The notes under the pieces: model-generated
What the model was told of the DNA's origin: nothing
The model's input: the letters and a program-made list of their open reading frames with translations, nothing else
Database searches by the model: none
Translations under genes and position numbers: made by a program
Shown: one piece after another, positions 13,213 to 25,860 of the stretch
Layout of the letters: the number at the start of each line of letters is the position of its first letter
How positions within the stretch are numbered: the first letter of the stretch is position 1
NCBI GenBank assembly: GCA_003427395.1
Contig: BFEA01000037.1
Coordinates: forward strand, 4,076,659-4,140,101
Source: Chara braunii
Lineage: Eukaryota; Plantae; Charophyceae
Length of the DNA: 63,443 nucleotides
Direction of reading: 5' to 3'

Positions 13213-14768
13213 CTGCGATGAGGCACAAACACATACCAACAATAATGAATCATCAAACACAAACCTGTAAATTAATTAGCACAACCACATTTGAAGTTCG
13301 CAATCCTGTCCTGATCAACTATCAAACTGACAATCTTATTCGCCTTTACCATCACTCCGGAAATGCATAGCCAGAAAAACGATCTCACGGCGTATTTCCA
13401 TCTCAAGAAACTGCAATCATACCTTCATTCAGTTTACACTGCAGTTTCCCACACAACTTTTAGAACATCAGCCAGGTCAAAAAAAAAAAACAAAAAAAGT
13501 GCTGCTCTCTTTTCGGGGGGCAGGACGGGCGGGCCTTATGGGGAGCAGCACAAAAATAAAACCATAAATACAGAAGCAAAACAATAGCAACAGGACACAA
13601 GTTGCCAGGCAGATAATACCCAGCATGCACGAAAACAAGAACAGAAACCGAGTAAGAGCGGCCAGACAAAGTGTACCCAGCATGCACGCATTGTTTTTTT
13701 TTTCCTTTGAAACAAGAAAGAAACACAAAAGACAATGGGTCTGGCCGATGGACTGGCAAGCATAGACTGCCACTAAAAAAAAACAGAATTCAGCCACGGA
13801 CGTAACCAACAAAAATAAAGCTGGGATGTGCAAAATCCCAATTAGCAAAACTCAATCAAAAACTGGCGGTTAAAGAAAACTGCCCGGCAGCCCTCTCTAC
13901 AGATGTCATTCTCTGCGTTTACATGCTACAACAACTGCAACAGTGCACAGCGCAGATATACCCCCATCTGCCACCATGAGATACACAGCAAATAGGTCAC
14001 ATAGCAGGATCTGCTCAAAGGCCTTTCAAAACAGCAGACAGTCCCTCTTATTACTGATGGCCTCCTGCTCAAGGAATCTTGCCACAGCAAATAGGTGACA
14101 TAATAACAGCATCTGCTCAAAGGCCTTTCAAAACAGCAGACAGTCCCTATTATTACTGATGGCCTGCTGCTCAAGGAATCTTGCCAGGCAGTGCGAGAAG
14201 TGGGTACGCAGCTAAGGTGTAGCCCCCACTGCTATGTCTACGTCTGGGTTTAGGAAACCAATGCATGACATCCAAAGTTGATTCTTACCGGCTCATTGTA
14301 ACCGTTGAATTCATTAACAAAGAACTATACCTAGTCCAGTGGCGCCTGCCCATTAGATCCCTGAGAGATAAGGAAGAGGGCAGCTAAGAGTCCAGGAGTG
14401 TCTCTGCAAGCTGGCTTTAGCGCAAAGGATATGCAACACAGCGTACGGCCAAAGACCAGCACCGAAAAGGAATCCTATTCCCATTATTCAAGGTCGTCAC
14501 TGCTGCCCTTCCATCTCATGACGCTTGATTGTAAAACGGATCATCAATCTTACGGTGCAGATTGGCCATTCATCTTTAAGTACCTCCCCATTCATTGCAT
14601 CCCCCCTTACCCCCTGACCTTCATCCCCGAGCAAAGTGAGAGAACAACAAAGAAAAAACAACAATGGTTACGAGCCTCACCCCTTTCCCAGGCAAGGCCA
14701 TCATACACCGCACTTGAACTAAGTCGAGAGTTGACATCGAATTTTCTTTTTTTCTTTTTTTCCGTCCT

Positions 14769-14866
14769 AAAATTTGGACCATTTCTCAATTTATGTGTCA
14801 TCCTCACGCAGGGGCCATGCTAATCTTCGCTGTGTTGTTCCAATTTTCACGCATTTCCCAAAGTTC
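14769..14866 (-). pseudogene. U6: U6 snRNA pseudogene or retrocopy
   Basis: aaaattggaacaacacagcgaagattagcatggcccctgcgtgaggatgacacataaattgagaaatggtccaaatttt matches plant U6. The ACAGAGA box is changed to ACAGCGA. An A-rich tract follows. Confidence 0.9.
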
Positions 14867-15055
14867 TGGATTTGGATTTTCAATAAGCTTGGCAGCAGCA
14901 CCTTCTGATGTGTCATTGCAGCAAGACTAGTACGGACACTCAAAAACGCACTAGTCGAATACGTTGAACCAAAATCACCACAACACCAAAATAACCACAA
15001 CAGAACTGTTTCATTATGACAACAAGGAGGATCAGGGATGGTGGTTATACTTTAC

Positions 15056-15253
15056 CAGAAGAACACTTTTCTCCCTGAACACAAACGAATACAGAAGGTT
15101 CGCCCTGAGCAATCTCCTTGAAGCATCTGAAGCTCTGCACCAGGCCTCTCCATGCCCAGTGTGAGCACTGCAACCCTTTCTACCACACCTCTATCTGCAA
15201 TGAAGTACAGCCGTAGCTCAGAGCAAGGGAGCATGATCAGGCTCAAGTACCCT
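15056..15253 (-). CDS. Exon 3: (R)GYLSLIMLPCSELRLYFIADRGVVERVAVL...DCSGRTFCIRLCSGRKVFF(W)
   Basis: Acceptor gcgcag|AGGG and donor TG|GTAAAG. 198 nt, phase 2 to 2. Lies within ORF 15052..15450. Confidence 0.85.
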
Positions 15254-15988
15254 CTGCGCAATGCAGTCAAAAGACAGATCACAGGGATACAAAGGTGGGT
15301 TAGCTGTAGTTTGAGAATCTGTTCGGTTTCACATAGGCGCATAGGCTTCAGACGAAGAAGTTGGGTTTCGTGTTCCCCAAATGTCACAAAACCCTGAAGC
15401 TGCAGTGAATCACTTTCCACATATCTCCAAGTGACCAAGACTGTTATCATATTGGGACAATTGCATACATCTACAGTCTGGTTGTGACCAGGTTCCGAAG
15501 AACGATGAGCAGTGAGTCACAAGACACATCACAGGTACCAAGTACTTCAAATGTTATCATATCAGCACACTCACACAAGTGGGTCTAGACATTTGCACGT
15601 TACCTCTGCCACTAAGAGTGTTGAACCGTGGGTCACAGGTACAGATCATATACCATACTGGAGCAGTCACGCATGACGTATGGTCATCACCAGGTGGCTG
15701 TAAAACCAAGAACAAGCTCATGCATTGTGTAACGACAACCGCGCAATTGCATGCACCTCCATGTGCACCATACGCAACAGGGCCCTGTTGCGTAGAAGGG
15801 AAAACAAAGAGGTCAACAGCCAAACCTGTTGGCCACATATAGCATAAAATTACTAAGGCCTCTTGCACAATGGCACCTTATTTCAAAAAAACTCAACAGT
15901 GCATGGCAATATGCCCACCGCCAACATGGACTAACTGGTGACCTCGAGTTGAGCTCCAAAAGCGCACATCCGGCCTGGGTCAGGCCAA

Positions 15989-16539
15989 GCGCAGTCCTGG
16001 TGGGCAGTCAAAATCAAGGTGAAGAACAATTCATGGTCCATTTCTGGCCTGCCCCCAGGCACACACGTACCCCGCTGAGCATCCCAGCTGGGACAGACAT
16101 GCCCAGTGGAGCAGCAGAGCTGAATGACTGCACAAAGAGCAACTCTGCAAACACTGACCTCTTGATGACCCAAGAAACTCCATATATTATTTTTTCAGTG
16201 TTCACAGAATCCACCATTGAGGTCCAGAGCGTGGTGACACAACCGTGGGACAGAGATTAGTGCCGCGCAGTCCTGGTGGGCAGTCAAAATCAAGGTGAAG
16301 AACAATTCATGGTCCATTTCTGGCCTGCCCCCTGGCACACACGTACCCCGCTGAGCATCCCAGCTGGCACAGACATGCCCAGTGGAGCAGCAGAGCTGAA
16401 CGACTGCACAAAGAGCAACTCCGCAAACACTGACTTCTTGATGACCCAAGAAACTCCATATATTATTTTTTCAGTGCTCACAGAATCCACCATTGAGGTC
16501 CAGAGCGTGGTGACACAAACGTGGGACAGAGATTAGTGC
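15989..16539. repeat. Tandem duplication, 276-bp unit in two copies
   Basis: Near-identical ORFs offset by 276 nt (16014..16217 and 16290..16493). Confidence 0.9.
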
Positions 16540-17854
16540 CACAATACTATGCAACCTTTGGTGATATATCAAGTTCTACCTCTTGAACCACCACTACCTC
16601 TGTCACTCTTGGGAAAAATGGGAAAACTCAGAACTGGCAGTTTTCCCACTTTTTCCAAACTTTTTTGGGGGTCTGCGGAGGCTGGGCTGTTGGGCCTTGT
16701 TGGCCCGTTTGAAAAATAAAAAGAAAAACAAAAGGCCAAGTCGGGGAAGTCCGTGCACGAAGTTGTGCTCACACCAATACTCACAACGAAGTATCTAACT
16801 ACTATTCTGGCCAGTTTCAGGTATTCTTCCTTTGTGTAATGACCCGCCATAACACAGACTGAGAACACTGCTGATTTCTGAAGTTCTGCCGATGGAATGG
16901 ATACCTTGCTGAGATTCCCGCATGCTGCTGTGTTTTCTAAGTCTGTATGTGTGCGTGCCTGTTGACTTGCGTGCCTGTCTGAGTGCTTGTCGACATGAGT
17001 GTGTGTGACCCGCAAGGGTACTTGCTTGTTTGGTAGGCCCATAGGGCCGGTACTTACCTGTGGCCGTGGCATTGAGGGTTGCAGCAGGGAAAGTAGCGGA
17101 GCCAGGAGCAGCGGGAAAAACACTCAAGTAGCAGGTAGGCCAGAACCGCACCCAGTAGCAGTAGATGTGCCGGGTACTCGAGGCCGAGCAGAAGAAGACA
17201 AAGTTGGCATTTTAAGAGGCCCAGTAGCGATAGGCTAGGTCTAGGCCGGTACCAATCCATCCAGTCTGAGTCTAGAGCCTGTACGGGCAATATCAGTGTT
17301 CCTGATTAGTGTGCTAGTGGCTTTGGCATTCCGCGTTCAACTCGGCTCATTCATGCTCGTTCTTCTCTAAGCTTTTGCATTTTTGAAAATTGGCATTCTC
17401 ATTGTACCGTTCCTTACAGTTCCTTCTTTTTGTTTTTTTTGTAAAGCTGTGTCACTGACAGTGTTCTGTCTTCAGCAATGTTCACATGTCCAAAATTCCA
17501 AATGCTCAATTTCGTCAACTTTTAAGGTCAGGTCACAGGTGGGGATTTCCTGTTTTGTAGAGACGTATGTAAGTAGTGCCCTGCCTTCCGCAATGCTCAC
17601 GTGCGAGAAAAGTGCAGTTTGTTGCTGTTCTGTTAGCTTCCAAGATCGGGCGGGAACTTTCTTTCTTTTTGGCAAAGATGTGTAAGCGATAGTGCACTGC
17701 CACGTGTTGCAGAACTTTGCTTCCAACACCCCTCTCACAAACTCTACGAAGCCCGGACCAAGGCTATGTTCAACCTCTGCGCATGCCGCTCATTGCAAGA
17801 AAGCAGCTGAGCGGGGAGCTGGTGGTGTAACTCGAATTGATGAAGGGATTTCAC

Positions 17855-17970
17855 CTGCTGCTAGCGGGACATAACATGGAACCATGTCTAGAAACCCTTC
17901 CAGCTCTAAGTGACACCAGAGGAGCCAACAGACAGCGTACGAGCATCATCATCTCCTTCGCACGGAAGTG
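17855..17970 (-). CDS. Exon 2: HFRAKEMMMLVRCLLAPLVSLRAGRVSRHGSMLCPASS(R)
   Basis: Acceptor ccttttgtctgtgcag|CAC and donor AG|GTGAAA. 116 nt, phase 0 to 2, in frame with both neighbours. Confidence 0.85.
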
Positions 17971-18049
17971 CTGCACAGACAAAAGGGTAAGAAAACAGTC
18001 ACAAGGCTTAGATAAGAATGGCGCAAAGCAGAAAAAGAAGAGTATACAC

Positions 18050-18315
18050 CTAGGCTACCAGAGTGGCCCGGGGTCACTTGCCCGGCAGGGCCAAAAACAA
18101 TAAAAATTTTAAAAATTAAAATTTTATTTTTATTCTAAACTTGGTGCAGAATTTCGATGTGACCCTGAGGCAAAAGTTGTTCAGTTTATTTTTCTGCATA
18201 ACATAGTTTTTTTTCGTCTTTTTTTTTTTTTTTTTTTTTTTTTTTGGCTGGGAACTTTCCTGGTCCTTGCACGGGCTGCCCNCCCGGGACCCGGGCGGCC
18301 CGGCTGGTAGCCTAG
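18050..18315. mobile_element. hAT-type MITE
   Basis: Perfect TIRs CTAGGCTACCAG / CTGGTAGCCTAG and 8-bp TSD GTATACAC. Confidence 0.85.
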
Positions 18316-18444
18316 GTATACACATCTATAACAAGAGTTATCAAAATTCTTGGTGGAGCAGTATGTAAGGGTGTGAGAAGATAGGGGATGGAACAGGACC
18401 GACCATTTGCAGCACAGATTAAGATTGATATCATAATGTTTCAT

Positions 18445-18494
<50 letters not shown>

Positions 18495-18496
18495 CG

Positions 18497-18543
<47 letters not shown>

Positions 18544-19540
18544 CTCCGTGCACCCGGTCTAGCATTGTGTAGTAAATGCCCCGTCAGTGATCCCGCAAGG
18601 GACATCTTCGAGAGCTTTGAAGTCACAAGCACCTATATTGCTAGAGTCCAATAACAGCACCCATCTACGTGAAAATCTGACAACACTCTTCATTTCCAGC
18701 ACAGCTTCAATAAACACACGCACACACACAACTTTGTGCACTCAGGCTAGCGTTTGTGTGGTAACTGCCCCCGCCAGTGATCCTGCAAGGGCCTCTGTTG
18801 CTCGAGTCCTTCAATAGCAGCACCCCATCTATCTGAAAATCTGACGAGCCTCTTCGTTTCCAGCACAACTCCAGGATCCCTCTTTTTCCGCTAGCCAGTT
18901 CCCCACGCCTGATTAGTGCAATAAGCACCACTGATCGTGGAAAGAGTGAGAGTAGTCCCCAAAATACCTGGAGGCGCATGATTCGCTCGTCAACTAATCA
19001 ATCAGCTTCAATGAGAAAATTGCCGTATCTGTCTGAAGCACCTTAAACCACCAGTCCGCTAAATCAACAAACCAACCAAAAAAAAAAAACTTAAAAGCGG
19101 CTAGTACCAGCCCTTCAAAAACCGATGTGGTGGCAGTACGAGCAGGGGGGCAGGCACTTCCGAACCTGCCAAAAGCATATGGGATCAAGAAGAGGCCCAG
19201 CTTGTGTTTTGCTTTTTTTCTGTCTGATCTTGTGTTCGTATCCATTCTGTTACCTTTCTTTTCCTTTTTTTCACATGTTGCACATTTTGTCCCAAAACCT
19301 GGCCCCTGTGAACATGATCCGTCAGTGACAAAGGCAGGCATCTTCAGCAGACCATGGCACCCATATGTCTGCACGTTTTGTCCAAAAAACCGCCCCCCAT
19401 GAACTTGACTTATCAGTGATGCAGCCGCATCTTCAGGAGATGCTGGCACCTCTCCAGCAGACCATCGTGACAGTTGACAGGAGGAAGGGGGGGGAGAAGT
19501 TACATGTCTGACATGTGCCAAATGGCAGACACACAAACAG

Positions 19541-19615
<75 letters not shown>

Positions 19616-21484
19616 GCAAATGGGAGAATAGAACTCTACGATCAGTTCCAGCCTGTGCACAATTCCGAGTTGCAAGGACATCTACTTGCACCCACATCCG
19701 CACTGCAATCAGGTGAGCGTGACTAGTACTACTACAACAGCAACGACAATGGCAATAACTACTAATGCAATTGCGACAATGATGACTACAGCTACTACTA
19801 CTAAAAGCAACAACAACGACCACTTCAAATATCTATATTCGATATGTAGGTATACATTTCAAAACATATAAAAAGAGTCTGAATATACTAAACTATCCCT
19901 TACCTGCTTTAAGCAAAGAGCGGTCCTCGCGTGACGCTCCCACGCAAGGACCGGAGCACCAGTGAAGGGACGCCAAAGGGCAGCATGGACCGGTAACTCG
20001 CTCGGACGTGGTTTCTGGCGGTTTCTGCCGGGGCCCAGGCAAAATTTGTCCATTGTTTGGCCACTGTGCCGTCGGTAAGTTGTTGCAGGTGGTGCATCGG
20101 GAAGTTTTGACGCGTGAACAGGGACAGCGACCTCCGGCATTCGGATGTGCGCTGTCGAGAAAGTAGATGCGCTATCCTAGCGCGGTTTGTGGACATGCGA
20201 TTTCGCGCTAGGAACGCAGGTCACAGTAGACGAAGGGCAGAAGAGCGAAGAGAGTGGCCTGTGTGGAGACGCGCGGGCATCGTGAGTTGGTGCAGACAGG
20301 CGTGAGGGGCGTGAAGAAGAGTGGCGGGTGGGAAGACGTAGGAGCCAACATGGCGGATTGGATATTATAGACGTGTGAGGTTGGAGTGCTTACAGTGATA
20401 CGATCAAGGTGAGATTGCGGCATGAAGAAGAGCGGAGAGTTGGAAGACGAAGGAGCCGACGTGGCGGATTGGACATTGTAGACGCGTGGGGTTGAGTGTG
20501 TATCAAGACACGATCAAGGTGAGATTGCAGGATCGTAAAGAGTTAGGACCTGCCGAAGACGAGGGGAGGAATCAGGACTCGGCCGGAAGAGTAAACAAGG
20601 AAAAAAAGACACCAGCTTGGGGGGAACCTTGGATTGGCTCGCCACGGCTGATCAAGGTATGTTGATTTCCTGTCATCATCTTTTTTTCTTTTTTCCCTGC
20701 ACTTCGGCCATATCCTCTTTCTCGTCCGTTCTCCCCATCAGGTCCTTTTCGACTGTCCCGATCCCCCATTCCCTCGCTTTCTCCTCTTTCTTGCATCGAC
20801 GTGCGCTGTACAGGAACCAGGGCGAAGTGAACATAACGACGAGCAATAGGGGGAATGACTCCTGCAATTGTCTTTTTTTCTTTCCCTGGACTTCTACCAT
20901 ATTCAGCTGCCCTGATCCTCCATTCCCTCACTTTCTCCTCCTTCCATCGACATGTGTCATACAGGAACGAGGGCAAAGTGAACATAACGAGTTCCCCCCT
21001 GCACTTCAACCATATCCTCTTTCACGTCCTTTTCAGCTGTCCCAATCATCCATTCCCGCGCTTTCTCCTCCTTCCATCGACACGAGAGAGAGAGAGATTG
21101 CTATCACGTACAGATACACAGAGAGAGAGAAAGAGTGAGATCCAGGGGGGTAAGAGCGGGAGGGTAGGATCCGAAGAAAGAGCACCGAGCAGATGGAAGG
21201 GAGGCAAGACGCGGTAGAGCAACAGGAAGGCCGGGAAGAGCAGGAGGGTACGATGCAAAGAAAGAGAGAGAGAAAGATCGAGATCCAGGGGGGGAAGAGC
21301 AGGAAAGTCGGATGCGAAGAAAGAGCAGCGAGCAGATGGAAGGGAGGCGGGAAGCGGTAGAGAAACGGGAAGGCGGGATGTGAACAAAGAGGGAGAGCGG
21401 GCCTGCGGAAGGGGGTAGAAAGCAGACAGTGTCGGGATGGAAGGGGTTCGGGGGCGTGAGGTCGAGAGACAGAGGGAGGTCGAT

Positions 21485-22169
<685 letters not shown>

Positions 22170-22641
22170 GAAGGAAGTGGAGCACAGACAGGATCCAGGT
22201 CGTGATGGAAGGTGCTCGTCGGCGTGATGAAGAATCGAGATGGGGACGAGGATGGGTGGGATTTGTTTATGGAGAGTTGGTATTCATTTTTATCGAGTCG
22301 GCACTGGGGGATATGACCGAAAGAGACACAGAGAGAGAGAAAGAGAGAGAGAAAGAAAGAGAGAGAGAGAGAGAGGGCTCAGATTCGGGAAACGCTCTTG
22401 CTCTTACTATTGCCTATGTGAATACTTTCCTTCCCTTTTTTTTCTTTTCCGCCGCTGACCCGAATGCCCTTCTCCCGTCCTTTCCTTTCATCTCGCTATC
22501 CCCCCCTCCCCCCTCTTGCTGCTCTGTGCACGGAGCCGCTGCGGGTCCCCTTGTATTTATCTATTTATGCAAGATTCTCATAGAGAGCTTTGCGGGTAGC
22601 TATAGGCAGAGAGGGAGAGGAGGATGACAATGACGGGCGAC

Positions 22642-22812
22642 TGAGTTTCACCAGCTCATCAGAGGCTGAACCCTTATATATATGTCATATCCATATACTG
22701 CTGTATATATAGAAAAAGAAACATATGTATATAAATATATATTTCAATACGTATATATTAGGGTTCAGCCTTCTGATGACTGAGCAAAACTCTGACAACA
22801 CAATCTGTCACA
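22642..22812. ncRNA. Two degenerate hammerhead copies in opposite orientation around a TA-rich tract
   Basis: Minus copy about 22642-22676 (agggttcagcctctgatgagctggtgaaactc). Plus copy about 22759-22812 (agggttcagccttctgatgactgagcaaaactctgac). Confidence 0.6.
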
Positions 22813-23028
22813 GTCCGCTCGCTTCTTGTCCCCTTCTCCATCTCTACTTGCGGATCACTGGGCATTTCTTTATAACGCTATATTTAGTATTTACGTATAT
22901 ATTGTCAAACAAAACTGCCCTGTAAATCGTAGGCAGATATATACATATATATAGTCAAAAAGAGCTGCCCGGTAAACTGTCGGCAGAGAGGGAGGAGGGA
23001 GAAGAGGACAACAAACGAAGGGCTGTGG

Positions 23029-23086
23029 CAAACTGTTCCGTCGGAGTTTCGCTGACTCATCAGGAGGCTGAACCCTCAACAGTCTG
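23029..23086 (-). ncRNA. Type III hammerhead copy, probably inactivated
   Basis: Same family as 27583-27640, but GAAA is changed to GGAA and stem II has a mismatch. Confidence 0.75.
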
Positions 23087-24182
23087 CAGAATCCCCTAAC
23101 TGATTACACTGTAAGTGATAATCCACCTTAACCCCGGCTGTGGTTAAGCACCAACGACTGCCCGACAACTGATACCCTGAGATGGGCACCAACCACTGCC
23201 CTCAAGGTACCTGTGGCAAAAGCCAAAGCAGACTATCACTCACCCACACCAGATGGAAAAATCTACAGACTGTCGGTATATGTATACATATATATACATT
23301 GTCACAGAACTATTGACTAAGAGCGTAAGCACGTGAAGTAGGAGAAATAAGATGAGCGAAGAAAAGAAAAATGAAAGGACAGACAGGCAAAGAGACAGAC
23401 AAACCAAAATGACACAAAACAGTGTCCTCTTATTCTTTGTTTCACTGTATTCTTATTTTTTTTCAGTGTTTTGCAAAAAACATCACAGTGAACAAGGGAT
23501 AAAAATAAAAAACAAAGGCACATTGAAATCATTCAGTTTCTCAGTCTTCTTAATGCCTCCTCCACCTTGCCTCTAACATATAAGGCTCGCCACGTTGATG
23601 AAATTGAGCGCGAGCTATATATATATATTGTCACATACCTATGAACTAAAAGAGCACACTTTGCAAAACAAACGGTAAACGTAAAATAAAAATCAGACCA
23701 ACATGAAGGGCACGCATACCATTCAATTTTCTCATTCTTTCAACTCCCCCTTCACCGTGCCTCTCATGTACAAGGCTCGCCCCATTGATGAAGTTGAGTG
23801 TGAGCTGCCCGCATCCCCGTGTGCCACAACGGTCCACTAGTACGCTGAGAAAGAGGCAAAGTAAAGGGGGATGGGATAAACACAGGGAAGCGAGACACAG
23901 AGAAGACAGACACAGAACGACGAAGTATGGAGTGTGGAATGAAGATGAAGGCAAAGGAGAGGATAAGAAAAGGCTCAAGAACGAGTCTGTCCTTGACGAC
24001 AGAGAGGACATACATTGTAAGGATGAGGTGGATGAGCACATTGAAGCCGTAGGTGAGAAGAATTCTCAGGACAGCAATTGCCACGTCACCCGGCATTGAG
24101 TCTGCCCAGCATACACACCCGGCAGATGAATATCGATTGCAGGCCAAATAACAAAAGAACGTTCACCACAAAAGACCATGCA

Positions 24183-25860
24183 TTAGGCATAGCTCCCATG
24201 ACCGCAAAATGAACATCGTGTCTGGATGTCGATGGTGCCTGCAGTCAGGATCGGAGGGACAGNGCAAAATGAACATCGTGTCTGGATGTCGATGGTGCCT
24301 GCAGTCAGGATCGGAGGGACAGTGTTGCATACTAGTGAAAGTGAACACAAGTATGACACAGAACCTAGAACCGACCAATAACAAAGAGCAATACAATGCA
24401 GTGGAAGATTTGAAAACATGGATCTGAACTCAAATCTGACTCGGACTACACACAGGCTCACACACATACATTCACCGGGTGAGGAGGCCTGGCGCTCCAG
24501 ACATGGAAGTTGGCGCCAGAGCCTGTGCACAACGTGTATGGACGAATGGAGGAGGAGGAGATGGCACCAACACAAAGTCACTGGAATAGTAATCCCAAAA
24601 TGTCAAAGATACAGAATCTCGAAATGTCGAAGTTACAGAATCTCAAAATGTCAAAGTTACAGAATCTTGAAATGCCGCTCGTATCAGATCTCCAAATAGT
24701 CCTCCCAACGTCCTACTCTGGAATAGTCTCAGTCCTGATGTCACCGATATCCCCCCATCAATCTCTGTCCCATAGTAACCGAGAAGATAGAAGGTTAGGG
24801 GAAGATGAAGATGGAGGAGAAGAAGAAGAACCGAGAGAGGGCAGAGGAGAAGGTGGAGATGGAGAGGTAGGGCAGAGGAAGATCCTCCTGCCCTGATCCA
24901 GTGCCCAGGCACCAACCTGCGGGTGCAAAGTGCCGCCTTGGAGCTGATGAAGACTCGCCCTCGTCGCTGGAGCCATGGCGCTCACAGGTAGGTGACAGGT
25001 AAAGTGTCTCCCTCTCGCTCTCGCTGCTTGCAGCTAGTGCTATGCCTAGCGCTCTGCCTGGAGCTGCGCTAATCCCAAAATAGCATAGCACTACTCCTCA
25101 ATGCCGCGGCCTCCAAGTCTGTCCCGAACAGACACCTGGTCGGTACTAAGTACCAGTGGTGGCCTGTTCGGCCTGGCTGCTGAGGAAGACGCGCCGTGAT
25201 CAGAACCGTCAAAGCTGATTTGCGGTTCAGATCGGACCCGTGGGGAAGTGGCAGCCTCAAACTTCGGCCGCCAGGCTCAAACAAAACACGTTTGAGCCAC
25301 TTTCCCGCTCAGGGCCTGCAGTAGCAGACCCGGGCCTAAAACCAGTTGCTGGGGCCTACCGTCGGTTTTTCCGAAGGTCCGGCCTTTAACCCAGGCCGGA
25401 CTGGCCCAGCATGGCCACGGTCTGGGATAACACCCTAGACCTAGCCGTCGGGCCTAGCAGGGCCCGTGTGGAATCCAGTATGTAACAGAGTCTACGCATG
25501 GATGCAGAAACCATGTCATAGTCTACACATGGATGCAGAAACCATGTCATTGTAGTGATTGTGCCAGAAAAATAACGGCTACAGCCATTTGTAGCTATGC
25601 AAAGGAGAAGGTCGCAGCGCGTTGGTACATCGTCCACCTGCAGCACAGGGTCAGAGGAATGATCTTCAGCATAAAAGAGATTGTGGATGGATTGGTGTGG
25701 CAAGAAAACGGCATCATTGTGTAAGCAGTCAATAACATCAGTTATGGCATGGACCAGGACGTCGTTGTCCCACAGCTCCAGTGGTCAGAGGCATGTACTA
25801 TGGCCATGTAATGGCCAGGTCCATTGCAGGCAGATGCAATGAATTGCAGTTGCTCACGCG
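24183..25860 (-). pseudogene. Divergent paralog of the protease/Cys-His ORF, interrupted by an insertion
   Basis: GPGHYMAIVHASDHW/ELWDNDVLVHAITDVIDCL matches RPGHHMALVRAAAQWELWDGGTMSQAIFDVNEFL. HNHYNDMVSA and HCPSDPDCRHHRHP lie on either side of the insertion. Confidence 0.6.
24323..25487. mobile_element. Solo-LTR-like or TIR insertion of 1165 bp splitting the Cys/His ORF
   Basis: Termini TGTTGCATAC...GTATGTAACA (TG...CA with a 10-bp imperfect inverted repeat). The flanks rejoin to match the uninterrupted paralog near 32130. No clean TSD. Confidence 0.55.

Noticed and set aside
24204-24322. 60-bp tandem repeat around a single N (also 27617-27770)
   Set aside because: Identical copies joined by one N are typical contig-overlap artefacts.
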